A stretch of DNA of 64,000 bases from Taibaiella sp. (GTDB lineage Bacteria; Bacteroidota; Bacteroidia; Chitinophagales; Chitinophagaceae), in assembly GCA_014377675.1 (NCBI GenBank), contig JACMPD010000258.1, positions 751-64,750 on the forward strand, in the 5' to 3' direction. Of the stretch, positions 1 through 9,210 are shown in pieces. The notes beneath the pieces are model-generated. The model searched no databases and was not told the DNA's origin. It saw only the letters and a list, made by a program, of their open reading frames with translations. The position numbers and the translations under genes were made by a program. Positions within the stretch are counted from its first letter, which is position 1. The number at the start of each line of letters is the position of its first letter.

Positions 1-2565
1 ACGGGCTCTTCAACTGTTTGCCTCGGCTCCACCACAACGCTGAGCAATGCGACTGGCACCGGTACATGGAGCACCAGCAACGGCAGTGTAGCGTCAATTG
101 ACGGCAGCGGCAACGTAACCGGCGTGGCGCTGGGCACGGCTACCATTACTTATACGCTGGGCACGGGTTGTTATATAACCACACCAATCAGCGTTAATTC
201 AGTACCTCCCGCTATTACAGGTGCTACCAATGTCTGCGTTGGCTCCGGCATTGCGCTAAACAACACATCAACCGGCGGCACCTGGACCAGCAGCAATACC
301 GCGACAGCGACAGTGAACGCCGGCAGCGGCGTTGTAATGGGCGTGAGCGGCGGCACTGTTACCATTACCTATACCAACGGCGGCTGTTACTCCACCCATG
401 GCATAACGGTTGATCCGCTCCCTGCGGCAATTACGGGCATTACTTCTGTTTGCGACGGCAGCTCCACCACTTTGAGCAACGCGACTACCGGTGGCAGCTG
501 GAGCAGTACCAATACAGGTATTGCTACGGTGAGCAGCGGCGGCGTGGTAACCGGGGTAAGCCCCGGCACGGCCACCATATCTTATACATCAGGTGCGGGT
601 TGCAGCGTATCAGTACCAGTTACTGTTAATGCTATACCAGCGGCTATTACCGGCACCACGCAGGTGTGCCTGGGCACTGGCACCACGCTTTCTAATACAA
701 CAGCAGGCGGTACCTGGAGCAGCAGCAACGGCGCTGTAGCCAGTGTTAACGCTTTAGGCTTTGTAACCGGGGTATCCGCGGGTACGGTTACTATTACCTA
801 TACGGTTGCCGGCTGCTATACTACCACGTCATTTACCGTTGTGCCATTACCGGGCAGCACCATAATGGCCATGGGCGATACTACTATGTGTCCGGGTGAT
901 TTCGTGGTACTTACGGCAGCCACGGGTACAGGCTTTCTTTACCAGTGGTACACAGGCGCGTCCATTATAACCGGCGCTACTGATGACTACTATCTTACTT
1001 ATGCGCCAGGCAACTACCGTGTTTCGGTAACCAACAGCATCGGGTGTACATCAATTTCAGTGCCGACAGCGGTAACGGTTAACCCATCAACAGCCAGTGT
1101 AACGGTAACGGGTGCCACCACATTCTGCAGCGGCAACAGCGTAAGCCTGAGCGCCAATACTGGCGCGGGGCTCAGCTACCAGTGGATACTTGGTTCCACG
1201 GGCATCAGCGGTGCTACCACATCAACATTAGCGGCAGGCGCAAGTGGTAGCTACCACGTGGTGGTAACCAATGCGGCGGGCTGCTCGGCCAGTTCATCAT
1301 CAGTAGCGGTAACAGCGGTACCAGTACCTGATAACACGCTTACCATTACCGGCTCGCTTACGTTCTGCGCGGGTGCCAGTGTTGGCTTATCGGTAGTGAT
1401 GGCTACAGGTGTTAACTATCAGTGGCAGGACGCCGGTGTAGATATACCTGGTGCTACCAGCACCAGCTATTCACCTACAACAACAGGCAACTACAGGGCA
1501 ATATTAACGAACAGCTACCCTTGCAGCAGCACAACAGCGGTGGCTAACGCTACAGCGGTAGCACTGCCGGCGGCGGCGATAGCGGTGTCTGGCGCTACTG
1601 TTTTCTGCACAGGCGGAGCGGTAGGGCTAAGCACGGCCGCAGGTGCGGGTAACACCTACCAGTGGTACCTCAACGGCAGCGCAATAAGCGGTGCCACCAC
1701 CAGCACGTATACGGCGGGCACAGGCGGTGACTATACCGTAAGGGTTACTACGCCTTTGGGTTGCACCAACACCACCCCTGTACCTGTTACCCTTAGTGAA
1801 ATGACGACACCGCTTATAATACCACGGAGCACTGTGAACCATTGCTGGGGCGGCGCAACATTATTATCAGCATCAACCAGCGCTACTACCGGCATTACCT
1901 TCCAGTGGCAGTTTAATGGGGTGGATATACCAGGCGCAACAGGTAATACGCTCAGCGCTGCGCATACGGGTTATTACTCCTGTGTAATCACGCTTACTGC
2001 GGGTGGTTGCTCGGCGGCTTCGGCATGGTTTTATATAATTGAGTTCCCGCTGCCTAACCCTGTGGTGGTGTTTGATGGTACCTACCTGAAAACGGCCAAC
2101 TACTACAGCAGCTACCAGTGGTCACGCAACTCGGTTGCCATTGCAGGTGCCAACACCAATATGGTTATTCCGTTTGGCACGGCTGATTACACTGTAACTG
2201 TAATGGATACTAACGGCTGCCAGTCAGTCTCTACCGGTTATCCTTTCCCTAATGGCGATACCGTACATACTGACACTACCGGCACAGGCACAGGTGGTGG
2301 TGGCACCGGGGGCGGCACCACAGCAGTAAGTAACCAGCACAGGACTGAAATAAACATATATCCGAACCCGGCGCGGGACAAAATCAATATAACGTCTGCT
2401 GAGGCATTAAGGCTTGTTATCAGCGCGGTAGACGGCCGCAGGGTAATGGAAATTAAAGACGCAAAAGAGGTAAATATATCGTCTTTAGCAAGTGGCGTCT
2501 ATACCCTTATGCTGTTTAACGCAGAGGGGCAGATGTTGAAAGCAGAAAAGTTGATTAAGGAATAA
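1..2565 (+). CDS. T9SS type A sorting domain protein with tandem Ig-like (Big_2-like) repeats; 5'-truncated by window edge
   Basis: Frame is open from base 1 (TGSSTVCLG...). Repeated 'GGTWSSSNxxVAxV...VTGVSxGTxTITY' and 'YQW' Ig units. C-terminal 'IYPNPA...SGVYTL...KLIKE' CTD. Confidence 0.9.
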   Translation, partial: TGSSTVCLGSTTTLSNATGTGTWSTSNGSVASIDGSGNVTGVALGTATITYTLGTGCYITTPISVNSVPPAITGATNVCVGSGIALNNTSTGGTWTSSNTATATVNAGSGVVMGVSGGTVTITYTNGGCYSTHGITVDPLPAAITGITSVCDGSSTTLSNATTGGSWSSTNTGIATVSSGGVVTGVSPGTATISYTSGAGCSVSVPVTVNAIPAAITGTTQVCLGTGTTLSNTTAGGTWSSSNGAVASVNALGFVTGVSAGTVTITYTVAGCYTTTSFTVVPLPGSTIMAMGDTTMCPGDFVVLTAATGTGFLYQWYTGASIITGATDDYYLTYAPGNYRVSVTNSIGCTSISVPTAVTVNPSTASVTVTGATTFCSGNSVSLSANTGAGLSYQWILGSTGISGATTSTLAAGASGSYHVVVTNAAGCSASSSSVAVTAVPVPDNTLTITGSLTFCAGASVGLSVVMATGVNYQWQDAGVDIPGATSTSYSPTTTGNYRAILTNSYPCSSTTAVANATAVALPAAAIAVSGATVFCTGGAVGLSTAAGAGNTYQWYLNGSAISGATTSTYTAGTGGDYTVRVTTPLGCTNTTPVPVTLSEMTTPLIIPRSTVNHCWGGATLLSASTSATTGITFQWQFNGVDIPGATGNTLSAAHTGYYSCVITLTAGGCSAASAWFYIIEFPLPNPVVVFDGTYLKTANYYSSYQWSRNSVAIAGANTNMVIPFGTADYTVTVMDTNGCQSVSTGYPFPNGDTVHTDTTGTGTGGGGTGGGTTAVSNQHRTEINIYPNPARDKINITSAEALRLVISAVDGRRVMEIKDAKEVNISSLASGVYTLMLFNAEGQMLKAEKLIKE

Positions 2566-2584
2566 TTAGTGATATTTCACATAG

Positions 2585-2613
2585 AAACGGCGCACAGGGT
2601 TGCGCCGTTTTTT
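2585..2613 (+). terminator. Rho-independent terminator
   Basis: AAACGGCGCA-cagggt-TGCGCCGTTT hairpin followed by a T tract, 20 nt after the stop codon. Confidence 0.85.
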
Positions 2614-2686
2614 ATTTGGCGTTTGCCTGGTGTGCCATTGTATTAATTTTAATACAGTTTTCGCATATCATTCGGCCAAAAACGGT

Positions 2687-2694
2687 TAATTTTG
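2687..2694 (+). promoter_or_regulatory. Bacteroidota sigma-A -7 promoter element upstream of dxr
   Basis: TAATTTTG matches TAnnTTTG, 10 nt upstream of the ATG. Confidence 0.55.
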
Positions 2695-2703
2695 CACGAT
2701 ATT

Positions 2704-3873
2704 ATGAAGCGTTTAGCGATATTAGGTTCTACAGGGTCCATAGGCACACAGGCACTTGAGGTGGTGGCCGCGCATCCTGATTTGTTTGAAGTGGAGGTAC
2801 TGAGCGCGCACAGCAACAGCACGCTGCTTATAGAGCAAGCAGTAAGGTTTAAACCTAATGCCGTAGTAGTAACTGATGATAAAAAATATACTGAAGTAAA
2901 AGAAGCACTGGCCAAACTGCCCATAAAGGTATTTTCGGGTCACGGCGCGTTGGCTGACGTAGTGCAATGGGACAGTATTGATACTGTACTCGGGGCTATA
3001 CTTGGTTTTGCGGGGCTTAATTCAATACTGGCCGCTATTGATGCCGGCAAGCGCATAGCGCTGGCCAACAAAGAGACGCTTGTGGTAGCCGGTGAGCTGG
3101 TAATGGCGCGGGCTAAAGCGAAGGGCGCAGTAATAATACCTGTTGACAGCGAGCACTCTGCAATATTTCAGTGCCTGGTAGGTGAAGATGTAACCAAGGT
3201 GGAAAAGATGATACTTACCGCTTCGGGTGGCCCCTTTTTAGGCCGCAAACCGAACTACCTGGTTAATGTAAAAGCGACCCATGCACTGCAACACCCCAAC
3301 TGGGTGATGGGGGCTAAAATAACCATTGACAGCGCCACCCTGATGAATAAAGGGCTGGAGATAATAGAGGCAAAGTGGCTGTTTGGTCTGGAGAACGACC
3401 AGATAGATGTGGTGATACACCCGCAGTCAGTAATACACTCTATGGTGCAGTTTATTGATGGTTCATTAAAATCGCAGATGGGCCTGCCTGACATGAAGCT
3501 GCCGATACAGTATGCGCTTGCATTCCCTGAGCGTATTAAAAACGATTACAAGCGCCTTGATTTTAAAGATTTTCCAAAGCTGGCTTTCGAAGCGCCTGAT
3601 TATAAAACATTCCGCAATCTCGCTTTAGCGAAGGAAGCACTGATAAAGGGCGGTAACGTACCTTGTGTGCTGAACGCCGCCAACGAGGTGGTAGTGAACG
3701 CCTTCCTACAGAACAAAGTAGGTTTCCTGGAAATGAGTGATATGATAGAGAAAACCCTTGAATGTATTTCCTTTATTCAGCACCCTACCATGGAAGATTA
3801 CCTGCAGACTGATAAGGAGTCAAGGATACAAGTGACCGAATTTTTAAAGAAAAGCCAATTATCTATCTATTAA
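2704..3873 (+). CDS. dxr: 1-deoxy-D-xylulose-5-phosphate reductoisomerase
   Basis: LGSTGSIGTQ, LANKETLV, PVDSEH, LTASGGPF, HPNWVMGAKITIDSATLMNKGLE motifs. Confidence 0.98.
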   Translation: MKRLAILGSTGSIGTQALEVVAAHPDLFEVEVLSAHSNSTLLIEQAVRFKPNAVVVTDDKKYTEVKEALAKLPIKVFSGHGALADVVQWDSIDTVLGAILGFAGLNSILAAIDAGKRIALANKETLVVAGELVMARAKAKGAVIIPVDSEHSAIFQCLVGEDVTKVEKMILTASGGPFLGRKPNYLVNVKATHALQHPNWVMGAKITIDSATLMNKGLEIIEAKWLFGLENDQIDVVIHPQSVIHSMVQFIDGSLKSQMGLPDMKLPIQYALAFPERIKNDYKRLDFKDFPKLAFEAPDYKTFRNLALAKEALIKGGNVPCVLNAANEVVVNAFLQNKVGFLEMSDMIEKTLECISFIQHPTMEDYLQTDKESRIQVTEFLKKSQLSIY

Positions 3874-3888
3874 GCCACATTAATTAAT

Positions 3889-5271
3889 ATGTTTTTGAAT
3901 ACCCTTTTATTAATGTCAGGCGGTCTTATGCAGGCATTACAATTGTTGGCTGGCCTGTCCTTCCTGATAGTATTGCATGAGTTCGGCCATTTTTTCTTCG
4001 CGCGCCTGTTTAAAACCAGGGTGGAGAAATTTTACCTGTTCTTTGATTTTCTTTTTCCTTTCTCTGGTTTGCTTAATTTTTCGTTGTTCAAAAAGACGAA
4101 GGGTGATACTGAATACGGGATAGGCTGGTTCCCACTGGGCGGGTATGTGAAAATATCAGGAATGGTGGATGAGAGCATGGACAAAGACGCGCTCGCCCTG
4201 CCACCGGAGCCGTGGGAATACCGCTCCAAGAAACCATGGCAGCGTCTTTTAATTATGCTTGGCGGCATTATTATGAATGTACTCATTGCCATAGTACTGT
4301 ATATGATTTCCTTTGGTATCTGGGGCGATGAATACCTGCCGGTAAAAAACATGAAGTTTGGTATATCCGTTGACAGCGTTGGCCGCAGCATAGGGCTAAG
4401 GAACGGAGATATGATCAAAGCGATTGACGAAAAGCCAATAGAGCGGTTTAATCAGGTGCCTGTGGCGCTCATCATGCACAAAAGCAACGGTACTATCACT
4501 ATTAACCGGGATGGCCGGGATACTACTATCAAGATACCCTTTGGTACCATCAGCAAGATTATAAAGGCTAACAGGGGTAATGTGGTGGGTATACGTATGC
4601 CGGCAGTCATTGATTCGGTAATGGCGGGCTCACAGGCCGCCAGGCTACAGTTCAGGAAAGGGGACAGCATAACGGCGATCAACGGCTCACCTGTTAACTA
4701 TACCATTGACTTTGCTGACTATAAGGAAGCAAACTATGGCAGGCCGGTGACACTCACTTACGTAAGGGACGGCCGGGTAGAGACTGCCACAGCTAATTTT
4801 AATAAAGACTCCCTTTTTGGTTGTTACTGGGTTCCTTACAGCCATTACATGGAGTCAGTAAAGGTGACTTACAGCCCTGTAACCGCGCTTGGCAAGGGTG
4901 TTAGCTACACCGCAGACAGGTTAAAGTTGTATGTGACTCAGTTCAGGCTATTTGGGTCGAAGGAGGTGAAGGTGAACGAGAGTATGGGCGGGTTTTACTC
5001 CATGGGTAAAATGTATCCTTCAACATTTGACTGGCAGTCATTCATTATGCTTACCGCCTTTATTTCAGTGGCACTTGCATTTATGAACTTTTTGCCTATC
5101 CCGGGCCTTGATGGCGGATATGTGATTTTCTTGCTTTTTGAAATGATTACCGGCAAAAAGGTGAGTGAGAAAGTAATGGAGAAAGCGACTACAGTGGGCC
5201 TTGTAATATTGCTTGCGCTTATGTTGTATGTGAACGGACTGGATATATTGAGGATATTTAAAGGCAAATAG
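3889..5271 (+). CDS. rseP: RIP metalloprotease RseP (M50, with PDZ domains)
   Basis: HEFGH zinc motif, PLGGYVK, NFLPIPGLDGG; conserved dxr-rseP synteny. Confidence 0.95.
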   Translation: MFLNTLLLMSGGLMQALQLLAGLSFLIVLHEFGHFFFARLFKTRVEKFYLFFDFLFPFSGLLNFSLFKKTKGDTEYGIGWFPLGGYVKISGMVDESMDKDALALPPEPWEYRSKKPWQRLLIMLGGIIMNVLIAIVLYMISFGIWGDEYLPVKNMKFGISVDSVGRSIGLRNGDMIKAIDEKPIERFNQVPVALIMHKSNGTITINRDGRDTTIKIPFGTISKIIKANRGNVVGIRMPAVIDSVMAGSQAARLQFRKGDSITAINGSPVNYTIDFADYKEANYGRPVTLTYVRDGRVETATANFNKDSLFGCYWVPYSHYMESVKVTYSPVTALGKGVSYTADRLKLYVTQFRLFGSKEVKVNESMGGFYSMGKMYPSTFDWQSFIMLTAFISVALAFMNFLPIPGLDGGYVIFLLFEMITGKKVSEKVMEKATTVGLVILLALMLYVNGLDILRIFKGK

Positions 5272-5292
5272 ATTTTATTGCCCCATAAAGTT

Positions 5293-5328
5293 ATGTCCCG
5301 CGCTACTACGGCGCGGGACATTTTTTTT
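5293..5328 (+). terminator. Rho-independent terminator
   Basis: ATGTCCCGCGC-tactacg-GCGCGGGACAT followed by a T run. Confidence 0.9.
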
Positions 5329-5621
5329 CTGGGAATTAGAATAGAATAAATTTAATTTGTTAATGAATTTGCCAGGTTTTTACCGTTGGTGAAGTTTTAC
5401 GACCGTTAGTGTATTTTATTTGGTGCACCACGTTTGATAAGTGTAAATTAGCGTTGTCATGGCAGTAAAGACGGGTGGCACAGCTTACTGTGACGGCCTT
5501 TGTAAAGGTAAAGTAGCGGAGAATGTTATTAACGGGGCGCTAACATTTTATAAAAAATATGTCTTAGTACTTTTGTTATCTGGTTGTTAATGATTAAATT
5601 TGTGTTGTAAAACGATAAGCG

Positions 5622-6110
5622 ATGAGATTCACACATCTGGAGAAAAATTCGGCTTTAATGAATGAACTGGTCAAAACGCCAAAGCAAGTGAAATTACTGG
5701 TAAAGAAAAGCGCTGTAACTGACTGTATAGTTGCGCAGCCTTTTCATTACGCCAAGGGAAGTGTTGAAGAGCTTGTTTTCAGCAGAGTTTCATTCTGTGA
5801 GGAGTTTTCGCTCAGATCGCTGATGAACAATAAACTTATTGTCATTGAAGACTGTATATTCCACAAATCTGTTCAGCTTGTTTGTATTAAGAATGTAAAA
5901 GTCATCATCAGGAATTGTCATTTTAAAGGTAGCCTGCAGATCAATAACCTGGAAACCGGTATGGTTGAAATTTACGGCACCAGCCACAGCAGCGATGCCA
6001 TAGTGAGTAATATAAAGGTGGATACTTTTTTTACCTCAGACATATCTATGAGAACGCAAAATATGATGCATTTAGTTAACACGAATGTTTCAAAGTACAT
6101 GAACTATTGA
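5622..6110 (+). CDS. hypothetical protein (beta-strand-rich, possibly beta-helix-like)
   Basis: 162-aa ORF with TAAATTTG -7 element at 5595-5602 and its own terminator; repeated I-x-x-C-x-F segments. Confidence 0.65.
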   Translation: MRFTHLEKNSALMNELVKTPKQVKLLVKKSAVTDCIVAQPFHYAKGSVEELVFSRVSFCEEFSLRSLMNNKLIVIEDCIFHKSVQLVCIKNVKVIIRNCHFKGSLQINNLETGMVEIYGTSHSSDAIVSNIKVDTFFTSDISMRTQNMMHLVNTNVSKYMNY

Positions 6111-6137
6111 CTGATAACTGTTGAATAAAGTATTTGT

Positions 6138-6172
6138 GAAAGCTTCGGTTTCTACCGGGGCTTTTCTGTTTT
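6138..6172 (+). terminator. Rho-independent terminator
   Basis: GAAAGCTTCGGT...ACCGGGGCTTTTC hairpin (with G:U pairs) plus T-rich tail. Confidence 0.7.
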
Positions 6173-6287
6173 CAAATTGTTTTCAGGTGATGGCCAGAGA
6201 CAGCCGGGCGTTACATTGGGAAGCGATAGGCAATTTTGGGAACGGATAGGAACGCGAAGATGAAATATATGTCACTATGATGAAAAT

Positions 6288-6314
6288 AAAAAGGCGACCA
6301 GATGGCCGCCTTTT
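6288..6314 (-). terminator. Rho-independent terminator of the 6337-9000 gene
   Basis: AAAAGGCG-accagatggc-CGCCTTTT inverted repeat just downstream of the minus-strand stop. Confidence 0.75.
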
Positions 6315-6336
6315 ACTATATGCTGAAAGCAGCAGA

Positions 6337-9000
6337 TTATTGTTTCATTAATTTCTGTACGCCTACTTTTCTGCCGTTTGTATCGTAGATTAAAATCATG
6401 TAGACACCCTTTGCAAGGTTTGTAATGTCGATGGTTTTAGCGTTAGTCTGCTCCAGTATTACTTTACCTTCCACGCCTGTTACCACAATATTAATGTTTA
6501 CAGGAGACTCAATATTAACAATGCCATTTGCCGGGTTAGGGTGAATGCTGATGTTGGCCATAGATGTTGCTACATCATTAACGCCCACATTAGTTACCGT
6601 GAATACCGTTGACATATTACCACAACCAAAAGTATCGGTTACATATACAGTATATGTAGCGTTATCAGGTACTGCAACACTTCTGTTTACAGCGCCGGGC
6701 AACATTACTCCGTTGGCGTACCATTGATACGATGTATAAAAGGCATCTGTTTTTAGTGTGCCTGCGAACAGATCGTACGTAATAACAGGCACTGGTAGTG
6801 GGTGTACCCTAAATGTACGTGCCATATAACAACCTGTAGGCAGCGTGTAAGTGACGGTTACATTACCGCCTGTAAGGCCAGTTAGCAAACCTGTTGTTGG
6901 GTTAACCGTCCCTATCGACGGGTTTGCGCTGGTCCATGTGCCACCCGCGGTATAGTTTTGCAAGCTGTCTGTTTTTGATTCACAGAAAAAAGCGGCGCCT
7001 ACAATAAATGAAGGATTAGGATTTACCAGCATGGAAGCGGTAACATAGCAGCCGGTTGACGGGTATGTATAGCTTATAGTGGTAGTGTTGGCTGCTATTC
7101 CTCTTACCAGGCCTGCAGCGGTTACTTTGGCTATGTTAGTATCTGCGCTGCTCCATACGCCGCCCGCAGATACATCAGACAATGTGACCTGTGCACCGGG
7201 GCAGGTATTAAACGTGCCTGTGATAGGTGCCGGGATACTGTTTACCGTAAAAGCCGTGGTGGTAAAACAGCCACCCGGAGCGGTATAGGTAATGGTAACC
7301 GCGCCTGCTGTTACCCCTGTTACGGTGCCGAAACCCGCAGCAGCAACAGCGATAGAAGAGTTGCTGCTGGTCCAGATACCTGAAGATACGGCATTGGTAA
7401 GCGTAACCGGTGAATTTACACAAGTGCTTGCCGGGCCACCAATAGCCGGTGGTGGGGTGGCTACAGTAAGTGTAGTTGTAGCGGTAGCAGATCCGCATAC
7501 TGAGCTGGTAACTGTATAGCTTATGGTTACTGTGCCTGGCGTAATGCCCGTTACCAGGCCGGTAGTTGAGTTGATGGTGGCTATTGAGGTATTGCTGCTG
7601 CTCCATGTGCCGCCACCTGAGCCCGAAGTACGGGTCATAGTTACCGTATTGCCCGGGCATACGTTACCAGGGCCGGAAATAGTACCAGGTGAGGTGGAAG
7701 TACCAACGGTATCAGGATAAGTCGCTGTGCCTGTACCGCAAGTACCTGTTACGCGGTAGCTAATGGTTGCAGTGCCCGCGCTCACGCTGGTTACAACGCC
7801 GGTTGATGGATTGACTGTAGATACCGAGGTATTGGAAGACGACCATGTGCCGCCTGATACACCGCCCGAAGCTGTTAATGTAATACTGCTGCCAAGGCAA
7901 ATTCTTGTCGGGCCGCTGATGGTGCCGGCGGCTGGTGCGCCTGCAACAGTATCGGGGTAGGTAGAGCGGCCGACACCACAGGCATTTGTTACAGAATAAG
8001 AGATGGTAGCTACGCCGGCTGATACACCAAAAATAGCGCCTGTGGCAGAATTGACTGAAGCGACGCTGGTATTTGAGCTGGTCCATGTGCCGCTTGTGGC
8101 CGTTGTGGAAAGTGTGGTTGAAGCGCCCACGCACACCCGAGTAGCACCTGATATGGTACCCCCTGATGACGGCGCCGCAATTACCGTAATTGTTGTAGTG
8201 GCTGTGCCGGAGGCACCCGCAGCATATGATATTACTGAGGTGCCCGGGCTAAGCCCTGTTACCTGGCCGCTGTTATCAATACTGGCTATGGAAGTGGACG
8301 CACTGCTCCAGGTACCGCCTGAAGTAGCGTTAGCAAGCGTGATAGTTGCGCCGACACATACACTTGACGGGCCCGTGATGGCAGCTACTGTTGTCGCTGA
8401 CGATTCTGTAATGGTAACATTCATCTGGTTCCATTTATCACCGCTGGTTCCGGCGTCATTGTTAATAGCATTAAGCGCTGCATAAATTTTAACGCTGCCG
8501 GTACCTGCTGATGGTGCAGTCCACACTAATGTTCTTGAATAAGTTGTAGATGTGCCACCGCTACCGGTTGTTGGGTTGAGGCGTGTGTTATGCTGTATCA
8601 GATGGTGTGTTGACGACAGGGTTAAGTAGGCGCAGCCAGTCGGTAGTCCTGATGAAGCTAAAGCGCCTCCATCTACGGCAGATGAAGATCCTGCTCCGCT
8701 TGCCCTTACTACTTCCAGCTGAAAACCGAATTTAGGCAGACCTGCTGACGAAGTATTGGTACCGGTGAAAGTAATATTGTAAGTCCGCCCCGGATAATAG
8801 GTGGTAACGGGGGTGCCAGCAGAATCAAGAACAATAGACATGGTAGTGCTTGAGGACGAGCCGCCGTGACAACCTGAGGTGCCACAGCTGGAGCCGCCGT
8901 AAGCCCCGCTATAGTCGGCAGATAGCCCGCCTGAGGAACTGGAGAGCCCGATATATAACAGGGCTGCGATAAGGGGTAATAGAATAAAATGTTTCTTCAT
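6337..9000 (-). CDS. T9SS type A cargo: N-terminal Reeler/choice-of-anchor-V-like domain plus Ig-like repeats
   Basis: Signal peptide; SCGTSGCHGG; 'YYPGRTYNIT', 'KFGFQL', 'WTAPSAGTGSVKIYAA' Reeler-like segments; Ig repeats; 'IHPNPA...KGVYMI...KLMKQ' CTD. Confidence 0.85.
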   Translation of the reverse strand: MKKHFILLPLIAALLYIGLSSSSGGLSADYSGAYGGSSCGTSGCHGGSSSSTTMSIVLDSAGTPVTTYYPGRTYNITFTGTNTSSAGLPKFGFQLEVVRASGAGSSSAVDGGALASSGLPTGCAYLTLSSTHHLIQHNTRLNPTTGSGGTSTTYSRTLVWTAPSAGTGSVKIYAALNAINNDAGTSGDKWNQMNVTITESSATTVAAITGPSSVCVGATITLANATSGGTWSSASTSIASIDNSGQVTGLSPGTSVISYAAGASGTATTTITVIAAPSSGGTISGATRVCVGASTTLSTTATSGTWTSSNTSVASVNSATGAIFGVSAGVATISYSVTNACGVGRSTYPDTVAGAPAAGTISGPTRICLGSSITLTASGGVSGGTWSSSNTSVSTVNPSTGVVTSVSAGTATISYRVTGTCGTGTATYPDTVGTSTSPGTISGPGNVCPGNTVTMTRTSGSGGGTWSSSNTSIATINSTTGLVTGITPGTVTISYTVTSSVCGSATATTTLTVATPPPAIGGPASTCVNSPVTLTNAVSSGIWTSSNSSIAVAAAGFGTVTGVTAGAVTITYTAPGGCFTTTAFTVNSIPAPITGTFNTCPGAQVTLSDVSAGGVWSSADTNIAKVTAAGLVRGIAANTTTISYTYPSTGCYVTASMLVNPNPSFIVGAAFFCESKTDSLQNYTAGGTWTSANPSIGTVNPTTGLLTGLTGGNVTVTYTLPTGCYMARTFRVHPLPVPVITYDLFAGTLKTDAFYTSYQWYANGVMLPGAVNRSVAVPDNATYTVYVTDTFGCGNMSTVFTVTNVGVNDVATSMANISIHPNPANGIVNIESPVNINIVVTGVEGKVILEQTNAKTIDITNLAKGVYMILIYDTNGRKVGVQKLMKQ

Positions 9001-9162
9001 GACTATTATTTAAGAAATTTTTTACAAGAAAAAGTTAAGCAAAGGTATTAAAGATATAAAAATAAGCCTAAAAATGGCAAAAACAAAAATTTCTTTCGTT
9101 TTTAACCACTTTTTTTAAGCCTTTTTATAGGTCAATTGAAACGTACCACTATCTATAAATAC

Positions 9163-9190
9163 AAAAGACTGCCGGTGAAGACAGTCTTTT
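9163..9190 (-). terminator. Rho-independent terminator
   Basis: AAAAGACTG...CAGTCTTTT inverted repeat downstream of the 9211-11310 gene. Confidence 0.75.
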
Positions 9191-9210
9191 ATATGATTTT
9201 TAAATTTGCC

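Noticed and set aside
2269-2322. Gly/Thr low-complexity tract (TDTTGTGTGGGGTGGGTT)
   Set aside because: Ordinary flexible linker before the T9SS CTD.
6216-6250. Direct repeat TTGGGAAGCGATAGG / TTGGGAACGGATAGG
   Set aside because: Only two imperfect copies between convergent terminators; not a CRISPR array and no promoter context.
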